Shown: piece after piece, positions 24,881 to 37,788 of the stretch
Position numbering within the stretch: the first letter of the stretch is position 1
Layout of the letters: each line of letters opens with the position of its first letter
From: Phaeosaccion multiseriatum
Taxonomy: Eukaryota; Protista; Ochrophyta, other classes
Reading direction: 5' to 3'
Assembly (NCBI GenBank): GCA_965112735.1
Contig: OZ218957.1
Location: 434,001 to 498,000 of the forward strand
DNA length: 64,000 bases
The notes under the pieces: model-generated
What the model saw: the letters and a program-made list of their open reading frames with translations, nothing else
What the model was told of the DNA's origin: nothing
Database searches by the model: none
Made by a program: the position numbers and the translations under genes

Positions 24881-25142
24881 AGGGCCCCGAGGAGCTCAAG
24901 ACGCTGGCGGGCTTCACGGCGGAGTCGGAAGCCGTCAACAACGATGACCCCATCTCAGGAGAAAGAGTGGTGGTGATCCGAGGATACGAAGCCGGAGTCG
25001 CCGAGGCGTTGAGGCATCGAGGCGACTTCGGCTTCGTATCCTCGGATCACCACCACTCTTTCTCCTGAGATGGGGTCATCGTTGTTGACGACTTCCGCCT
25101 CCACCGTGAAGCCCGCCAGCGTCTTGAGCCCCTCGGGGCCCT
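24881..25142. repeat. Inverted repeat / hairpin 2: arms 24881-25002 and 25021-25142, 18-nt loop
   Basis: 122-bp arms with 5 substitutions and no gaps by manual alignment. Loop is GAGGCGTTGAGGCATCGA. Confidence 0.95.
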
Positions 25143-25199
25143 CGGCCCGGGCGTCTTCTCCTTTTCCTTCGAAGTCATCCCGACTATCAGGTTCGCGTG

Positions 25200-25240
<41 letters not shown>

Positions 25241-26998
25241 GTGTGCGTGTGTGCGTGGGTGTCTGTGTGTGTGTGTGCGGGTGGGCGCGTACGCCTGGCC
25301 TACCTCTCTGTTCGACTCTCGGGCTCGCTCCTGCCGCCGTTTCGGATGGACAAACCCGCCCACGCGCCCGTCCTTCTGACCATGCGTGTGCCCTGTGTGT
25401 GCCTGCCCCTCCCCTCTCTACTGCTTTCCTGCTGCTGCCCTGCTCCTCTTGGCCTGCGTACACATCAGTTACAATCCTTCGGCCTCAGCTAACCTTCCTA
25501 GGCCATCACAGCGCCTCAAATGGGCTTCATTAAGCCATGATGGCGCCGCCACACGGTATGGCTTGGGAGGACAGGCTGCCAGAGGGCAAGGAGGATGGCC
25601 GTGGAGGGGCGGGGAGCTCGGGAAAGCCAGCCATCAGCTGATGCAAAGGGCGTCAGCACCAAGCGTCTCGCACGCGGCCCCCGTCGGCGGATGGGGCGGA
25701 GGGGCACGCGGTGGTGGAGGGGCATGCGCTGGGAGCTGTCCTTATCCTCCTTCGGGGGCGCATTCCCACCGTCAGCAGCACCAGCAGCGCCCACAGCACC
25801 CTCACCAGCAGCAGCAGCAGCTGATGGGCCAGCTGGGGCAGGAGCCTCGTTGGAAAGTGGCCGGGCCTCCGCCCGGAAGAGCGAAGGCGGCGGACGACTC
25901 CATCACGGGACTGGTTCCAGAGCACTTTTCAGCCACCAGGGGGGCACAGGGGCAGCAGGGGCAGCAGGGGCAGCAGGGGCAGCAGCAAAGCACCAGCAAC
26001 AGCAGCAGCAGCACCACCAGGAGGACGAGGGGCAGATGAGGAGGGGGATGATGATGCAAAGGCAGAGCGCTGCGGAGCAGGGAGTGGAGGACAGAGCTCG
26101 TATGCCGTATCGCAGCCCGCACGACGAGCCGCTTATGCCGCTCGACAACAACCAGCAGGGCGCTCTGGTGCTGCCCTACAACCAGCACCAGCACCAGCAG
26201 CAGCAGGGCGGGGCGCAGATGCAGCAGCTCTCCACCCAGCAGATGCAGCAGGCGCACTACGAGCCGCAGATGATGATGGGCCAACAGGAACAATATGCGG
26301 AGCAGGACGAGTTCGAAACCTACTTGGAGGAGTTCTTGGGCTCTTCTGCTTCCCATCATTCCCAGGTCCCGCCCCACCCTCCCTTCCCCGCCTTGCCAAC
26401 GGTGCCTCTTCCTCCCCCTCTGCCCTTCGTGCCAGCGCCTCCTCCTCCCCCTCCGCCCTTCGTGCCAGTGCCTCCTCCTGCCACCGGAGCGGCGGACATG
26501 TACGGCACCCCGGAGATGCACCACGTCCCCCCGGGGATTGACCACGGCGCTTCCGTGATGCCGCAGCACCACCATCACCACCGCGAGCAGCAGCACGAGG
26601 ATCACCAGCAGCACCAACATCGGCAGCAGCAGCAGCAGCAGCAGCAGCAGCGTGAGCCTCATCAGAAGCAGCTGTAGATAGATGCTCCACCACCAGCATG
26701 CCAGCTCGGAGCCGCAAATGCCCGTCCATCATAGATCTGTCGATGGCTGCCCAGAATGCGGACATGGCAGCACAGCACTCATGAGGAGCGAGGAGCCAAA
26801 TACAGCACCAACAGCAACAGCCAACCAATGACACAAGGGTCGAAGGAGTGGGAAAGAAAGGGGGCACCGAAGCAAGAGCAGTGAAGGTTGGCTGTGGTGA
26901 TACTTTATAGCGCGACAAGTTTGGCTGTGAGGACGATTGCGCCCACACCGCACACGCGTTTCCGTCACCGCTCTCTGCTCAAAGAAGGCACACATACA

Positions 26999-27055
<57 letters not shown>

Positions 27056-27291
27056 TCGAGCAAGAAGAAAAACAAGTACACCGAAAATGATGTTGCATAC
27101 AGGCTACACGCACACATACCACCACAACACGGCACTTGTAGCGGGAAGGAGGAGGGGGGGGATCTGTCTCTCTACTGGTCGAGTCGCCACCTTGCTTTTT
27201 GTCAATCCTACGAAATTCTTCAAAATAAAGTAATATCTATGATTTAAGGAGTCATGTAATGAAGGAAGAAAAGGGTTCTGCTTAGCGCTCT

Positions 27292-27424
27292 TGTTTAGTC
27301 TGATATCTTCATCTTCCCATCCCACCTCACCCTCTGTTTAGTCTGATATCTTCATCTTCCCATCCCACCTCACCCTCTGTTTAGTCTGATATCTTCATCT
27401 TCCCATCCCATCCCACCTCACCCT
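27292..27424. repeat. 43-bp tandem repeat x3
   Basis: Unit TGTTTAGTCTGATATCTTCATCTTCCCATCCCACCTCACCCTC repeated three times with no spacers. Confidence 0.95.
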
Positions 27425-28013
27425 TTGTCTTTCTGCGTCCCTCTGCCCCCCCTCACTCCGTCCGAAGCGTGTGCAGCAGGGAAGGAAGGCGCCAAGGTCA
27501 ATCTGTCGCCATGCAAAGCCCTTCTTCCTTTTCCACTCGCGGCGGGCCGAGGCTGTCCATCATCACATCGTCCCATATACGATGATATAGGATGATACAA
27601 GATTACATTCGGACCGAAATATCGAAGCCACAACGCTTGTGCGTCCACGTGTTCTCATCACAGATGGCGACGGGCGGCGGATCTCCCTTCCAAGCTCCAA
27701 TGCCGCCAAGCAGTGGGAGCCCTTCCATCTGCTGCCACCTGTCTGGCTCCTCTTCTTCCCTGCTCCTGCTGCTACTGCGAGCCCTGCACTCCCCTCTGCG
27801 CCCCTCGATCAATGCTTCCTCCCCCCCCCCACTCCTCCTCCTCCTCCTCTTCCTTCCCCTCCTCCTCCTCCTCCTCCTCCTCCTCCTCCTCCTCCTCCTC
27901 CTCCCCTTCTTCTTCTTCTTCTTCTTCTTCTTCTTCTTCCTCCTCCTCCTCCTCCTCCTCTCCCCTCCTCTCCCCTCCCCCCCCCCCTTCTCCTCCTCCT
28001 TTCCTCTGCTACT

Positions 28014-28698
28014 CTACGAGCAGTGAGCGGCGTTGAGTAACGCATTGTGGGCGCGGATGGCCTTCACGGCTTGCTCCGCTCTTAACCTGTGTCGATCACC
28101 AATGTCGAAGGTTAAGAGTGGACGGAGGGGCTGGTTATCGTTACAGAAAAAGGACGAGCACTCTACAATTCACCCCTCCCCTCCCCTCTTCTCCCCCCAC
28201 GTCCCCACGCACGCACCTGCACTTGACGTCCTCCACCCAGTCCTTGGCGATCTCGGCAGGCAGCGGCGGCAAGCCTTCGAGCTCCTGTGAGGGGCAGACA
28301 CACGAAGTCGTCAATCAGTCAGTGAAAGAGGCCACTTCCACTGTCAGTAAAGGGGCCACTTCCACTATGTCAGTAAAGAGGCCACTTCCGCTCCATCGTG
28401 GAAAGTGCACTATGCTAACTAGACAAATGAGCAAAAACACCAAGTGAATAAAGTCAGGAAGAGACAAAAAAGAAGTCGAAGCTTTCCTTCCTCCCTCCCT
28501 CCCTCCCTCTCTCCCTCCATCCATCCGTCCTCGGCTCTGAGCCAGCTCCCCACCTGCACGGCCTCTCGCATCATCTTCTTGTCCACGTAGGCCTTGGCTC
28601 GGGTCAGCGCGTCAAGGGCTGACTCTCCCTCCACCATGCCTTCACAGCCCGCCATGGAGAGGAGCAGGGGGGGTCAAATTCGTGGTCAGGACGGCATC

Positions 28699-28744
<46 letters not shown>

Positions 28745-29124
28745 TGTGTATGGTGTCCGTGCAAGTGCTGGTCAGACAGCACGAGTCCCCCTTTGAGCGC
28801 ACACACGAACGCACGCGTGCACGCACGTACCTGACTTGGGCACCGTCAGCTTAGCCGCTACAGCTCCGACAATCTGGCCGTACATGCCTGAGTCAAGATC
28901 AGGAGTAGAGAGTGTGTGAAACGTGTTGAACGCTCGTTGCAAAACCGACTTGAGGCTGGACCCAACGGAATCAAATGATGTCGAATCAAAGTACACGGCA
29001 CCAGACACACACAAGCGCGCACACAAATACACACACAAGCGCACAGACACAAACGCGCAGACCCATACACCCGCCCACCTACACACTCGCACACATACAC
29101 ACATACGCACACACACACACATAG

Positions 29125-29164
<40 letters not shown>

Positions 29165-29257
29165 ACACACGCACACACACACATACACACACATACACAC
29201 ATACACACACACACGCACACGCACACACACACATACACACACATACACAAACACACA

Positions 29258-29300
<43 letters not shown>

Positions 29301-29937
29301 GCACACACACACACACACACCTGGGCTGTCAGCGGGGACGAGCGCCGCCTTGTAACACTGCTTGTATACCACATCGAATCTGTTGGCAGAGGGAGTAGGG
29401 GGGCGTGAGGACAGAGGACATACGTCAAGGGCGGGGGGGGGGGGCAAGGGCGCGAGTAAAGCTTTAGCACAATCAACCACCCGTAGGCAGGTAGGTGTAT
29501 GTGTAAGTTGGGAGTAAGGTGGGAGGTAGGCGGTAGGTAGGTAGGTACGTAGGTAGGCAGGTAGGTAGGTAGGTAGGTGGCTAGGTAGGTAGGTAGGTAG
29601 GTAGGTAGGTAGATAGGTGGGTAGGTAGGTAGGGGGGTGATGGGTCCCAGAATGCAGAGGTGGCGGAGTGAGAAGGAATGAATGGGTGTGAGCATTGCTC
29701 TTGTCCTCTTGTGAGAGGTAAGAGGTGGTGGCGCCCTACCTCAAGGACAAGTCGTTCTCAGTGGGGATGCCCTTGACGAGCGCTGAAGGCGAAATTGATC
29801 CGACCACCTCTATAAAAAAACGAGAGGGGAGGGGAGTAGAGGGAGTACAAGCAGCAGGGGTCAGTTAGTCAGACGCGAGTTGAGAGAAAGGGAGAGTGAG
29901 AGAGTCAGAGAGAGAGAGAGGCACGCAAACACCCACC

Positions 29938-29994
<57 letters not shown>

Positions 29995-30610
29995 GAGATG
30001 GCAAAGAGAGAGGGCGAGAGAAAGAGAGAAAAGGAAAGAGAAAGAGAGCGGAGATGGCAAAGAGAGAGGGCGAGACAGAGAGAGAAAAGGAAGAGAAAGA
30101 GAGAGGGCGAGAGAAAGAGAAAGAGAAAGAGAAAGAGAGAGGATACCCACGTGTGACGAGAGGGCTGTCCCGAGCGGCCTGTGTGAGGCCCTTGATTTGC
30201 TTGCCGAGGGGCTGGGTGGAGCGGAGAGCGTTCTCCAACACCAGAGATGCCGTAGTTACTTGATGCACCTTGGAGGACGCACGCTCCACATCGTTACGGC
30301 TCTCCATGGCGCTGAGGGGTGGGGTGGTTGGTTGATTGGCACAGCGTGAGGAGGAGGAGGAGGAGGAGGAGGAGGAGGAGGAGGAGGAGGAGGAGGAGGA
30401 GGATGAGGAGGAGGAGGAGGAGGAGGAGGAGGAGGAGGAGGAGGAGGAGGAGGAGGAGGAGGAGGAGGAGGAGAAGGAGAAGGGGGCTGGGTGGGTGGGT
30501 GGGGCGATGTAAAGGGCCACTCTCATTGATAGGCGTAGACACATGCCACGCTTCTGCTGCCATCTCTGACTGCGTACGCGAGGCAGAGAGAGAGAAACTG
30601 CGACAGAGGA

Positions 30611-30699
<89 letters not shown>

Positions 30700-33600
30700 G
30701 CACGCGGGCATGCACGCAGGACACTCACTTGGTGATGGCCTGTACGCGGTCAGAAAGAGCCTGTAGCTCTAACGAGCGAGAGCTGCTCTCACTGGCGGCT
30801 CCCTCCAGCGTGTTCACAGTCACTTCCGTCAGGCGCTGATTCAGCTCCTGCTCGTGGGCGGCAGCCTGCGGAGAAAGGAGGAGAGAAGAGGGGTGACGGG
30901 GCGATTGCTTGAGAGAGGCAAGGTGGCCAACAAAACAGGGCAGATGCAATACATGTGGGCAGGGGCCTGTTTTGTTGGCCGGCAGGCTCCCTTCGTGGCC
31001 CCCGTCCACGGCGATATTCAAGAACACATACGCACAGTACGCACACATTCACTCTCTCTCTCACACACACACACGCCCGCGCCCGCGTACCTGCTCCTTC
31101 AGTTTCTGGGCAAGAATCTCCTCGTACTCCTTAGCCTGTGCGGCGGGGAGGGAGAGTGAGAGAGAGGCGGCCCATCGAGTGTCAGGTGTCAAGACCAGGG
31201 GACGGAGAGCGACAGCGGAGCTACCCACTTCGTGTCAGGACAAAGGTTGCGAAATTGTAACCGTAAGTGCGTGGGGACATTCCGAGCGCAGATTTGGACA
31301 ATTGTTATCGGTCAAACCACCCCTCCACCTCACCTCGCTTCCCCCCTCTCCTCCCTCCCTCCCTCCCTCCCTCCCCTCCCCTCCCCTCCCTCCCTCCCTC
31401 CTGACCTGAGCCTCCAGCATGTTCGAAGCCTGTCCCTTGAAGTCGCTGCTGGCGGCCGCTGTGATGGCCTCCTTCTGCTCCCTCAGAGCCTTGGCCGTGG
31501 ATCGCTTGGCCTTGTCACGAATCTCAGAGATGATGGCTCCGTACTGGAGGGGTGGGGGTATGTCGCATCGGCGGACAGGGGACCGAGCACGCACGAAAGA
31601 GCAAACAAATGCATTAAAGGCGCATCGATGGGAGGCTAGAGAGAAATAGCAACCTCCTCGTCAGCCAGATAGCCTACAGCCCAGCCCAGCCAGCCAGCCA
31701 GCCTGCCAGCCAGCCAATCAATCAGAGAAAAGAGAGCGGGCGACCCTGCCCTACACTGATGTTGAGCCTTCGGTGGCACACCCCTTACGCATTCCCTCGC
31801 GTAACCGTACGTAAGCGAACTTACCCTGGCCGCGGTCCCCTCCTGCGACCGCCTGAGCGACTCCGTGAGGCGCACGCCCTCCCACTTTGCACGCTCCGAC
31901 ATCTCCGCCGCCAGCTGGATGATGCGGTACCTTAGGAGGGAGGGAGGGAGGGAGGGAGGGAGGGAGGGAGGGATGGAGGGATGGAGGGATGGAGGGATGG
32001 AGGGAGGGAGAGGGGGAGGGGAGGACGGAGGGAATGAGGGAATGAAGAGTGGGCGGTGGTGCAATGGGCGTCTTGCCTTTGAGGAGGGCCCTTACTTATT
32101 CCTCTTGTTCTCTCTCTCTTCGTTCTTTTCCTCTCCCCTTTAATCTCTTCTTTCTTTTCCTCTCCCCTTCCGCCTCCTCTGCGTTTCCATTCTCCTCTCC
32201 TCCCCTCCCCTCCTCTCCTCTCCCTTCTCCTCCCCTCCCCTCCTCCCTCTCTCACCTGAGACCCTTCTCGTCAAGCTCATCAAGGTCTCTGAGCAGCGTC
32301 AGCTCGAGCTCCTTGCGCAGGGCAGCGGACTGCACCAGTTGGTCATCTGTGGCGCGCATCTGCTCGTCACAGAGGGCGACGACGCAAGACCCAAGAGACG
32401 ACACAGCAGCGAAAGAAGGACGTTAGCGAGAGTAAGAGTCGCGTGCTAATAAACACCCCTTGCCCCCCTGGGTGCTCTACTCCTCTGCCCCTTCTCCTCC
32501 CGTTGTGTCGTCGTCCTAGTCCCCCCCTCTGTCGTCGTCGACATTTGTAAAGTGGGGAGTACAACACACACACACGCCCACGCACACACACACACGCACG
32601 CACGTACCAGCAGCTCCAGTTTGAGCTTCCTCGCCTCGTCCACCTCATCCACGTCGTCGCCGGTAGCTGTGACCATTCCCTCGGCTCGTTTGTTGCCATC
32701 CGCTGTGACCCCTCCCTCGCTCTGTTTGTTGCCATCATCATTATCCGTCATTATTCTCTGGAGGCCGAAGCCCTGATCACTGTTGCTTGCGCTGCTGCTG
32801 CTGCTGCTGCTGCCGCTGCCGCTGCCGCTGCCGCTGCCGCCTGTGGACAGTTCCGTCGAGATACGGTCGGAAGGAAGGCCGGGTGGGGAGAGGGGAAAGG
32901 GATAAGCTATGGTAAAAGGAGGTGTGGGGACTTGCAAAGGTCAGTAGCACGTGACCTTAAGCTCGGCTGCAAGCACGTGATCTCACGGCTGTTAAAAGAG
33001 CATATTGAGGCGGGGGTGCTGCACAAGTGAAGGATGGTAGTGGATGGTGGCGGAAGAGTCCAGGATGGCAGTGGATGGTGGCGGGAGCAGAGCGATCACT
33101 CGTCTTCCTCATCCGTCCCCATCCCTGCGGTGGTGTCTCACCCACATCTCTCTACGAAAGAAGGACCCCTCGACACACACACCAAACACAAACACGCACG
33201 CACGCACACACGCACACCCACACAGGAACACACACATACACACACGCACACACGCACACACGCACATACATACACAACAACCACACACGTACACATACCC
33301 GCGGAAAGCGCTTCTTTTGCGTGTCGAGCGGACTTCTCCTCCCTGTCCAATCCCCCCTGGGCAGCCCCATCCATTGCCATCCCCATCGCCTCTCCCACTG
33401 CGGCCTGTCCTTCACCGTCCACTGCCATCCCCGCCTCGCCGGACATCGCACTGGCACTGACACTGGCACCACTGAGGGCCTTCTCGCCAGCAGCAGTCGC
33501 GCTGCCTAGCATATCCACGCCCCCTCCTCCGGCTCCTCCTCCTCCTCCTCCTCCTTCCCCTCCTCCTGCTGCTGCTGTTGCTGCTGCTGTATCACCAACT

Positions 33601-36499
33601 GCTGCTGCTGCTGCTGCCGCTGCTGCTGCGCCGGCGCTGCCATTATTCGCTCCTTCCTCCCCACCTGCTTCCCAGGTTGCCTCTCCCACAACACCACCCC
33701 CTCCGACGGAAGCGCCACCGCTGCTGTCACTGCTGCTACCAGCGTTGTTCACTTCCTCTGCCACCGCCGTGGCCACCTCTCCCGACAAGCCTGGTGAGAA
33801 GGTGAGAAGGGGTAGGAGTATGTGGGCAAAGGGAAAGGGCGTGGGAGGGTGTGGGTGGGCGGAGACGTGTGAGTGACGCGGAAACCATTGAGTATCAATC
33901 ATCAAAGTCGAGCGGCCCTTGACATATGCAAACACTGCCACCCATCACCCCTGAGTTATACATGCTGTATCACCAACTGCCTTACATCACGTACCCTGGC
34001 CCTCGCCCTCGGAGCTGCTGGCTACTGCCGCTGGTGCCTCTGTTGAGCTTTCTCCCGAAGCCATCATTGATCCCTCCGCCGAGCTCTGCCCCTCCTCGCC
34101 TCCTCCTCTTCCCCCTCCACCGCTTGCTGCCCCGGCCTTGTAGGAAGAGGATGATAATCGAGCAGGAGGGATACAGAAGCGGCACATGGTTTGAACAGAA
34201 GGCATGTCGTTGAAACAGCAGGCACATGGTTTAAACAGCGGGAGGAGCATTGCAGACGGCGTAGGAGCAGCCGCAAGACAGGGCGTATACAGGCATACAG
34301 GCATACAGGCATACAGGCATACAGGCATACAGGTATAATACAGGCATACAGGCATACAGGTATAATACAGGCACACAGGCATACAGGCATACAGGCATAC
34401 AGGTATAATACAGGCACACAGGCATACCAATGCATACAGGCACAGAGGCATGCAGGCACACAGGCATACAGGCATACAGGCATACAGGCATACAGGCATA
34501 CAGGCATACGGGCACACAGGCATACAGGCATACAGGCATACAGGCACACAGGCACAGAGGCATATGCACACAGACATACAGGCACACAGGCACACAGGCA
34601 TACAGGCGTACAGGCATACACGCTACCCCGACAGCCCCCTCTGCTGTGATAAAAGGCATATCTATCGTTTGGGTGGTACTGTAGGCATAGATATGCCTTT
34701 ATCACAACACCCTCTCTGACGCTCGACACGAGAGAGCCCTTTCCTGCCTCAACCCCCCTCCCCGACAAAACACAAGCGCCCAGTTTCCAGTTTCAGCTGC
34801 ACGCCCAACCTTGCCCCCTCTCCCTCTCTCTCTCTCCCCCACTCAAATCACTCACCCCAGTGGGGAGTGGCGGCCCTTCTCCCTCGCCTTTGCCCTCCCC
34901 TTCTGTGCCCTTGCCCTTGAAGAAATCCTTCAGCTGCTGCGGAGGTTTCGGAAGCGCTGGAAGCATATCCACCACTCCCGAGAGTGTGCGCCCGGCCCCG
35001 TCGAATATCGCTGGCGGGCGCAGGTAGAACACTTCGAGCGGTTCGGGCAGCGACTCCCACCACTCCTCCTCCTCGCCCTCGAGGGCCGCCTTTGCTTGCA
35101 TGGAGCTCTTGCGATTCGCCCTTCGTGCACGTCATCACAAATGGCATACGATCGGGAAGTATAGCACTCGTCTTTAGCTTCCTTCTACTAACGTCATCAT
35201 CATCGACGCCACCATAACCGCTTGCTCTCCCCCTTCCCTGACTCCTTTTCCTCCTCCTCCTCCTCCTCCTCTTCCTCCTCCTCCTCCTCCTCCCCCCCCT
35301 CTCTCTCTCTTCACCTCTTCCTTCTCCTCCTCTCGCTCCTAACTCTATAACGTATGCCCCATTCTCTGTGTCGGCCTACCCCTCTGTCTCTCTCACCTCG
35401 ACTCGAGCCACTCTTTCCTCTCCTCAGCAGAGAAATTTGCTTGGGAACGTATAATGTCCGGTACGTCCAACAGGCCCTTTGTGTTGTGAAACTTCTTCTC
35501 ATTGGCGTCTAAGACGTACGCACCCAAGCCTACAACGGCGACCCCTCCCAGCAGGACGAATTTTATGAGGCCCTGCACGTTTGGGGGAGGGGAGGGGAGG
35601 AAGGAGGGGGGGCTGGTGAGTATATGTAGGAGGTAGGGAGGGAGGAAGGAAGGCACGTTTTCGTGCGTTCCTTCCTTTGGGTTGCCGTGTCTGACCCAAC
35701 TCCGACTCACCAACGCTGCGCCTCCACCAGCCGCTTCTTCGCCTTCACCAGCCGGGGTGGGAGGTGGCTTCCCCGCCATAGCGGATGTACCGACATTCTC
35801 TGCTGGTAGCGATCCTGCCACAGACAGGGGGGCATGAAAGAGAAGGGAGGGGCAAGGTCAGAGGACGCAAAACTACTTAACCTCAGCGCAATACGATGTA
35901 TCGCTATACCGGCGCTCCGTTCCCAGATTACCGATGCGTCAGTCCGATAGTCTGGCACTGATCTCAGTCGAATGCCGTCAGCCCTAATGGCGATACTACC
36001 TCGTTTGCTTGTTGGTTGCACTTTTGAGTCACTGAAGTGCCATAGATCAAAGGGGGCGGGGAAAAAAGGCAAACACCCCACAACCATTGATTGCATAAAG
36101 ATAGGAGCCACTGCGCAAATGCAGTGACCAAGCAAGACGGCGCAGCCTTTCACACGCACTGTTTTCCAGGAGCTGAGGGTGAGAAGGGACGTTCCAAAAT
36201 CGCCCCCATGTTCTTGCCTTGACGCTTCTCCAACCACACCCACCTGCTGTTGCCGTACTACTGCCCGTCCCTGGTGCAGCTGCCGCTCCTTTCCTCCCTG
36301 CAGAAGACGCCCCCAGAATAGGTTTCTTCTTGGAGGTCGTAGAGTGGCAGCGAAGAAGAGAGATACGCCCACCCTTGCTGCTGGGAGCAATGATTCCTCT
36401 CTCACCCTTTGGCATTCTCAAGCTTCCTCCCGGGCAGCTTCTCGACGTACCGCTGCCATGCCGAAGCAGGCGCAGGGAAGACCGTCTTGCCCCAATCAT
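28014..36499 (-). CDS. MIC60: MICOS complex subunit Mic60 (mitofilin); many exons
   Basis: Arg-rich transit peptide MIGARRSSLRLLRH. Single TM GLIKFVLLGGVAVVGLGAYVL. Coiled-coil exons. C-terminal mitofilin domain: KGIPTENDLSLRFDVVYKQCYKAALVP, SGMYGQIVGAVAAKL, DALTRAKAYVDKKMMREAVQELEGL...IAKDWVEDVKCRLRAEQAVKAIRAH. Confidence 0.85.
34289..34620. repeat. 8-bp minisatellite (CAGGCATA)n in a Mic60 intron
   Basis: Roughly 40 units with CAGGCACA/CAGGTATAATA variants. Produces spurious MPVCLYAC ORFs. Confidence 0.95.
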
Positions 36500-36634
36500 T
36501 GCTGCTCCGCGCCTTGCAACACAGACACACACAGGCACTGCGCTGAAAAGGGAAAAAGAAAAAATCTCGAGCTCATCGACAAACAATGTCGACCAACAAG
36601 AGCCCTTTCCCCAATTCGGAAAAAAAAAAAAGTT

Positions 36635-37122
36635 GGGCTAGCAAGGGCCGTAGGCCCTCGACCTATTTATAGGCCGCCTAGGCGGCGGCCTAGGCGGAGG
36701 CCGGAGGCCCGCGGCCTAGGGCAGACGCCAACTAGGCGCAGGTCCAGGGCGGGAATATGCTCATATGCCCCTGGGCTGGCCCGGAACCCGCCCAAGTGTC
36801 GTCAGTTTTAAGCAAGCAGGAAATGTATTGCATGGGATAAGTGGCTGAGGAGTAGACTTGGTTCGTGTTGTCTCTTCCGCCTCGCTGGCCCTACGAGGAC
36901 GAGTGCAGGCCTACAGGTGTGCTGCTACCCACTGGCTGGGCGGCACCACGCACGCGCCCACGGTCACTGGGAGGCTGCCTAGAGGCGGGCTATAGGCCGC
37001 CTAGGGCTCAAAAGTGAGCGGCCTAGACCGGCCGACCGCCGCCTAGGCCTATTTCGGCCGAAGGCCGAGCGGCCTAGCGGTCTAGAGCCTAGGCCGCTAG
37101 GCGTGCACGGGGCCGACTCTCT

Positions 37123-37153
<31 letters not shown>

Positions 37154-37612
37154 TCACTATGTACAGATACCACCACCAGCAATCTCAACAACTTATCTGC
37201 TACGTTTACATTCTTGGTGGGGAGTGCGGAGTTTCGGGCGGGTCGAGAAAACACAACTTTTTACTTTATTTTTACAGTACGATCGGCTCCAGACTGGCCT
37301 AGAAGCCTATGCCCTAGGCCCTAGGCCGGCGGTTCTAGGCCTAGGCCTCGACCTATCTGAGGCGCAGCCGGCCTGATTATTGATTATGACCGGCGCCAGC
37401 CGGCCTGATTACTGATTCTGCCGCCAGCCCGAGGAAATGGCCGGCGCCAGCCGGCCTGGTTGCTAATTTCCCCGGCCTGATTACTGATTATGCGCCAGCC
37501 GGGGGCTGATGACTGATTACGGCCGGCGCACACAGTAATCTTGTCCAGGGTCGATAGGCCTAGCTAGGCCGGGGGGGCTGCGCCAAAAAAAGGCCTAGGC
37601 CGGGGGCCTGGG
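36635..37612. repeat. CCTAGG/GGCC/CCGG palindrome-rich island with internal GCCAGCCGGCCTGATTACTGATT repeat array
   Basis: Dense CTAG/CCTAGG/AGGCCT sites at 36635-36740, 36977-37110, 37293-37350 and 37545-37612. About 5-6 degenerate ~25-30 bp units at 37363-37530. Confidence 0.8.
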
Positions 37613-37615
37613 GAA

Positions 37616-37788
37616 TGATTGAGGCCACGTCCTCAAAGCGTGAACTCAAACTGACTTCTCTCAGAGGGGAGGCCTCTGAAGGCCTCTTGTCAGGGCTGTG
37701 TGAGAAGGAAGGACGACGAGGCAAAAAGAGAGGCTATGATGGCATCAAGCAGCTTCACAACAGCACTCCGAGCACTAGGGCTGCGATG
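37616..37788 (+). mobile_element. Dispersed repeat, truncated copy 3
   Basis: TGATTGAGGCCACGTCCTCAAAGCGTGAACTC...CACTAGGGCTGCGATG matches 3711-3877 and reverse-complemented 21228-21400. Confidence 0.6.

Larger units (their letters stand above)
22693..26677 (+). pseudogene. Rearranged paralog of the KH gene containing two fold-back inversions; candidate hairpin-RNA locus
   Basis: Paralogous ATG at 22693. KH exon1 (TVFKLLCPESLIGCLMGRRG, +1 shift in the G run at ~23551) with donor at ~23614. Exon2 DEHLFHDGELHRVGTVWGRQHRVAEAVTEIVRRMQ|gcaagt. Exon3 QRKDKTL matches QRKEKTL of the 565-2447 gene. KH-like 'SGERVVVIRG'. Last-KH remnant and Gln-rich tail with frameshift near 25985. Confidence 0.75.

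Noticed and set aside
27292-27424. 43-bp repeats as a CRISPR array
   Set aside because: The units are contiguous with no unique spacers, the context is eukaryotic and there are no cas genes. It is a simple tandem repeat.
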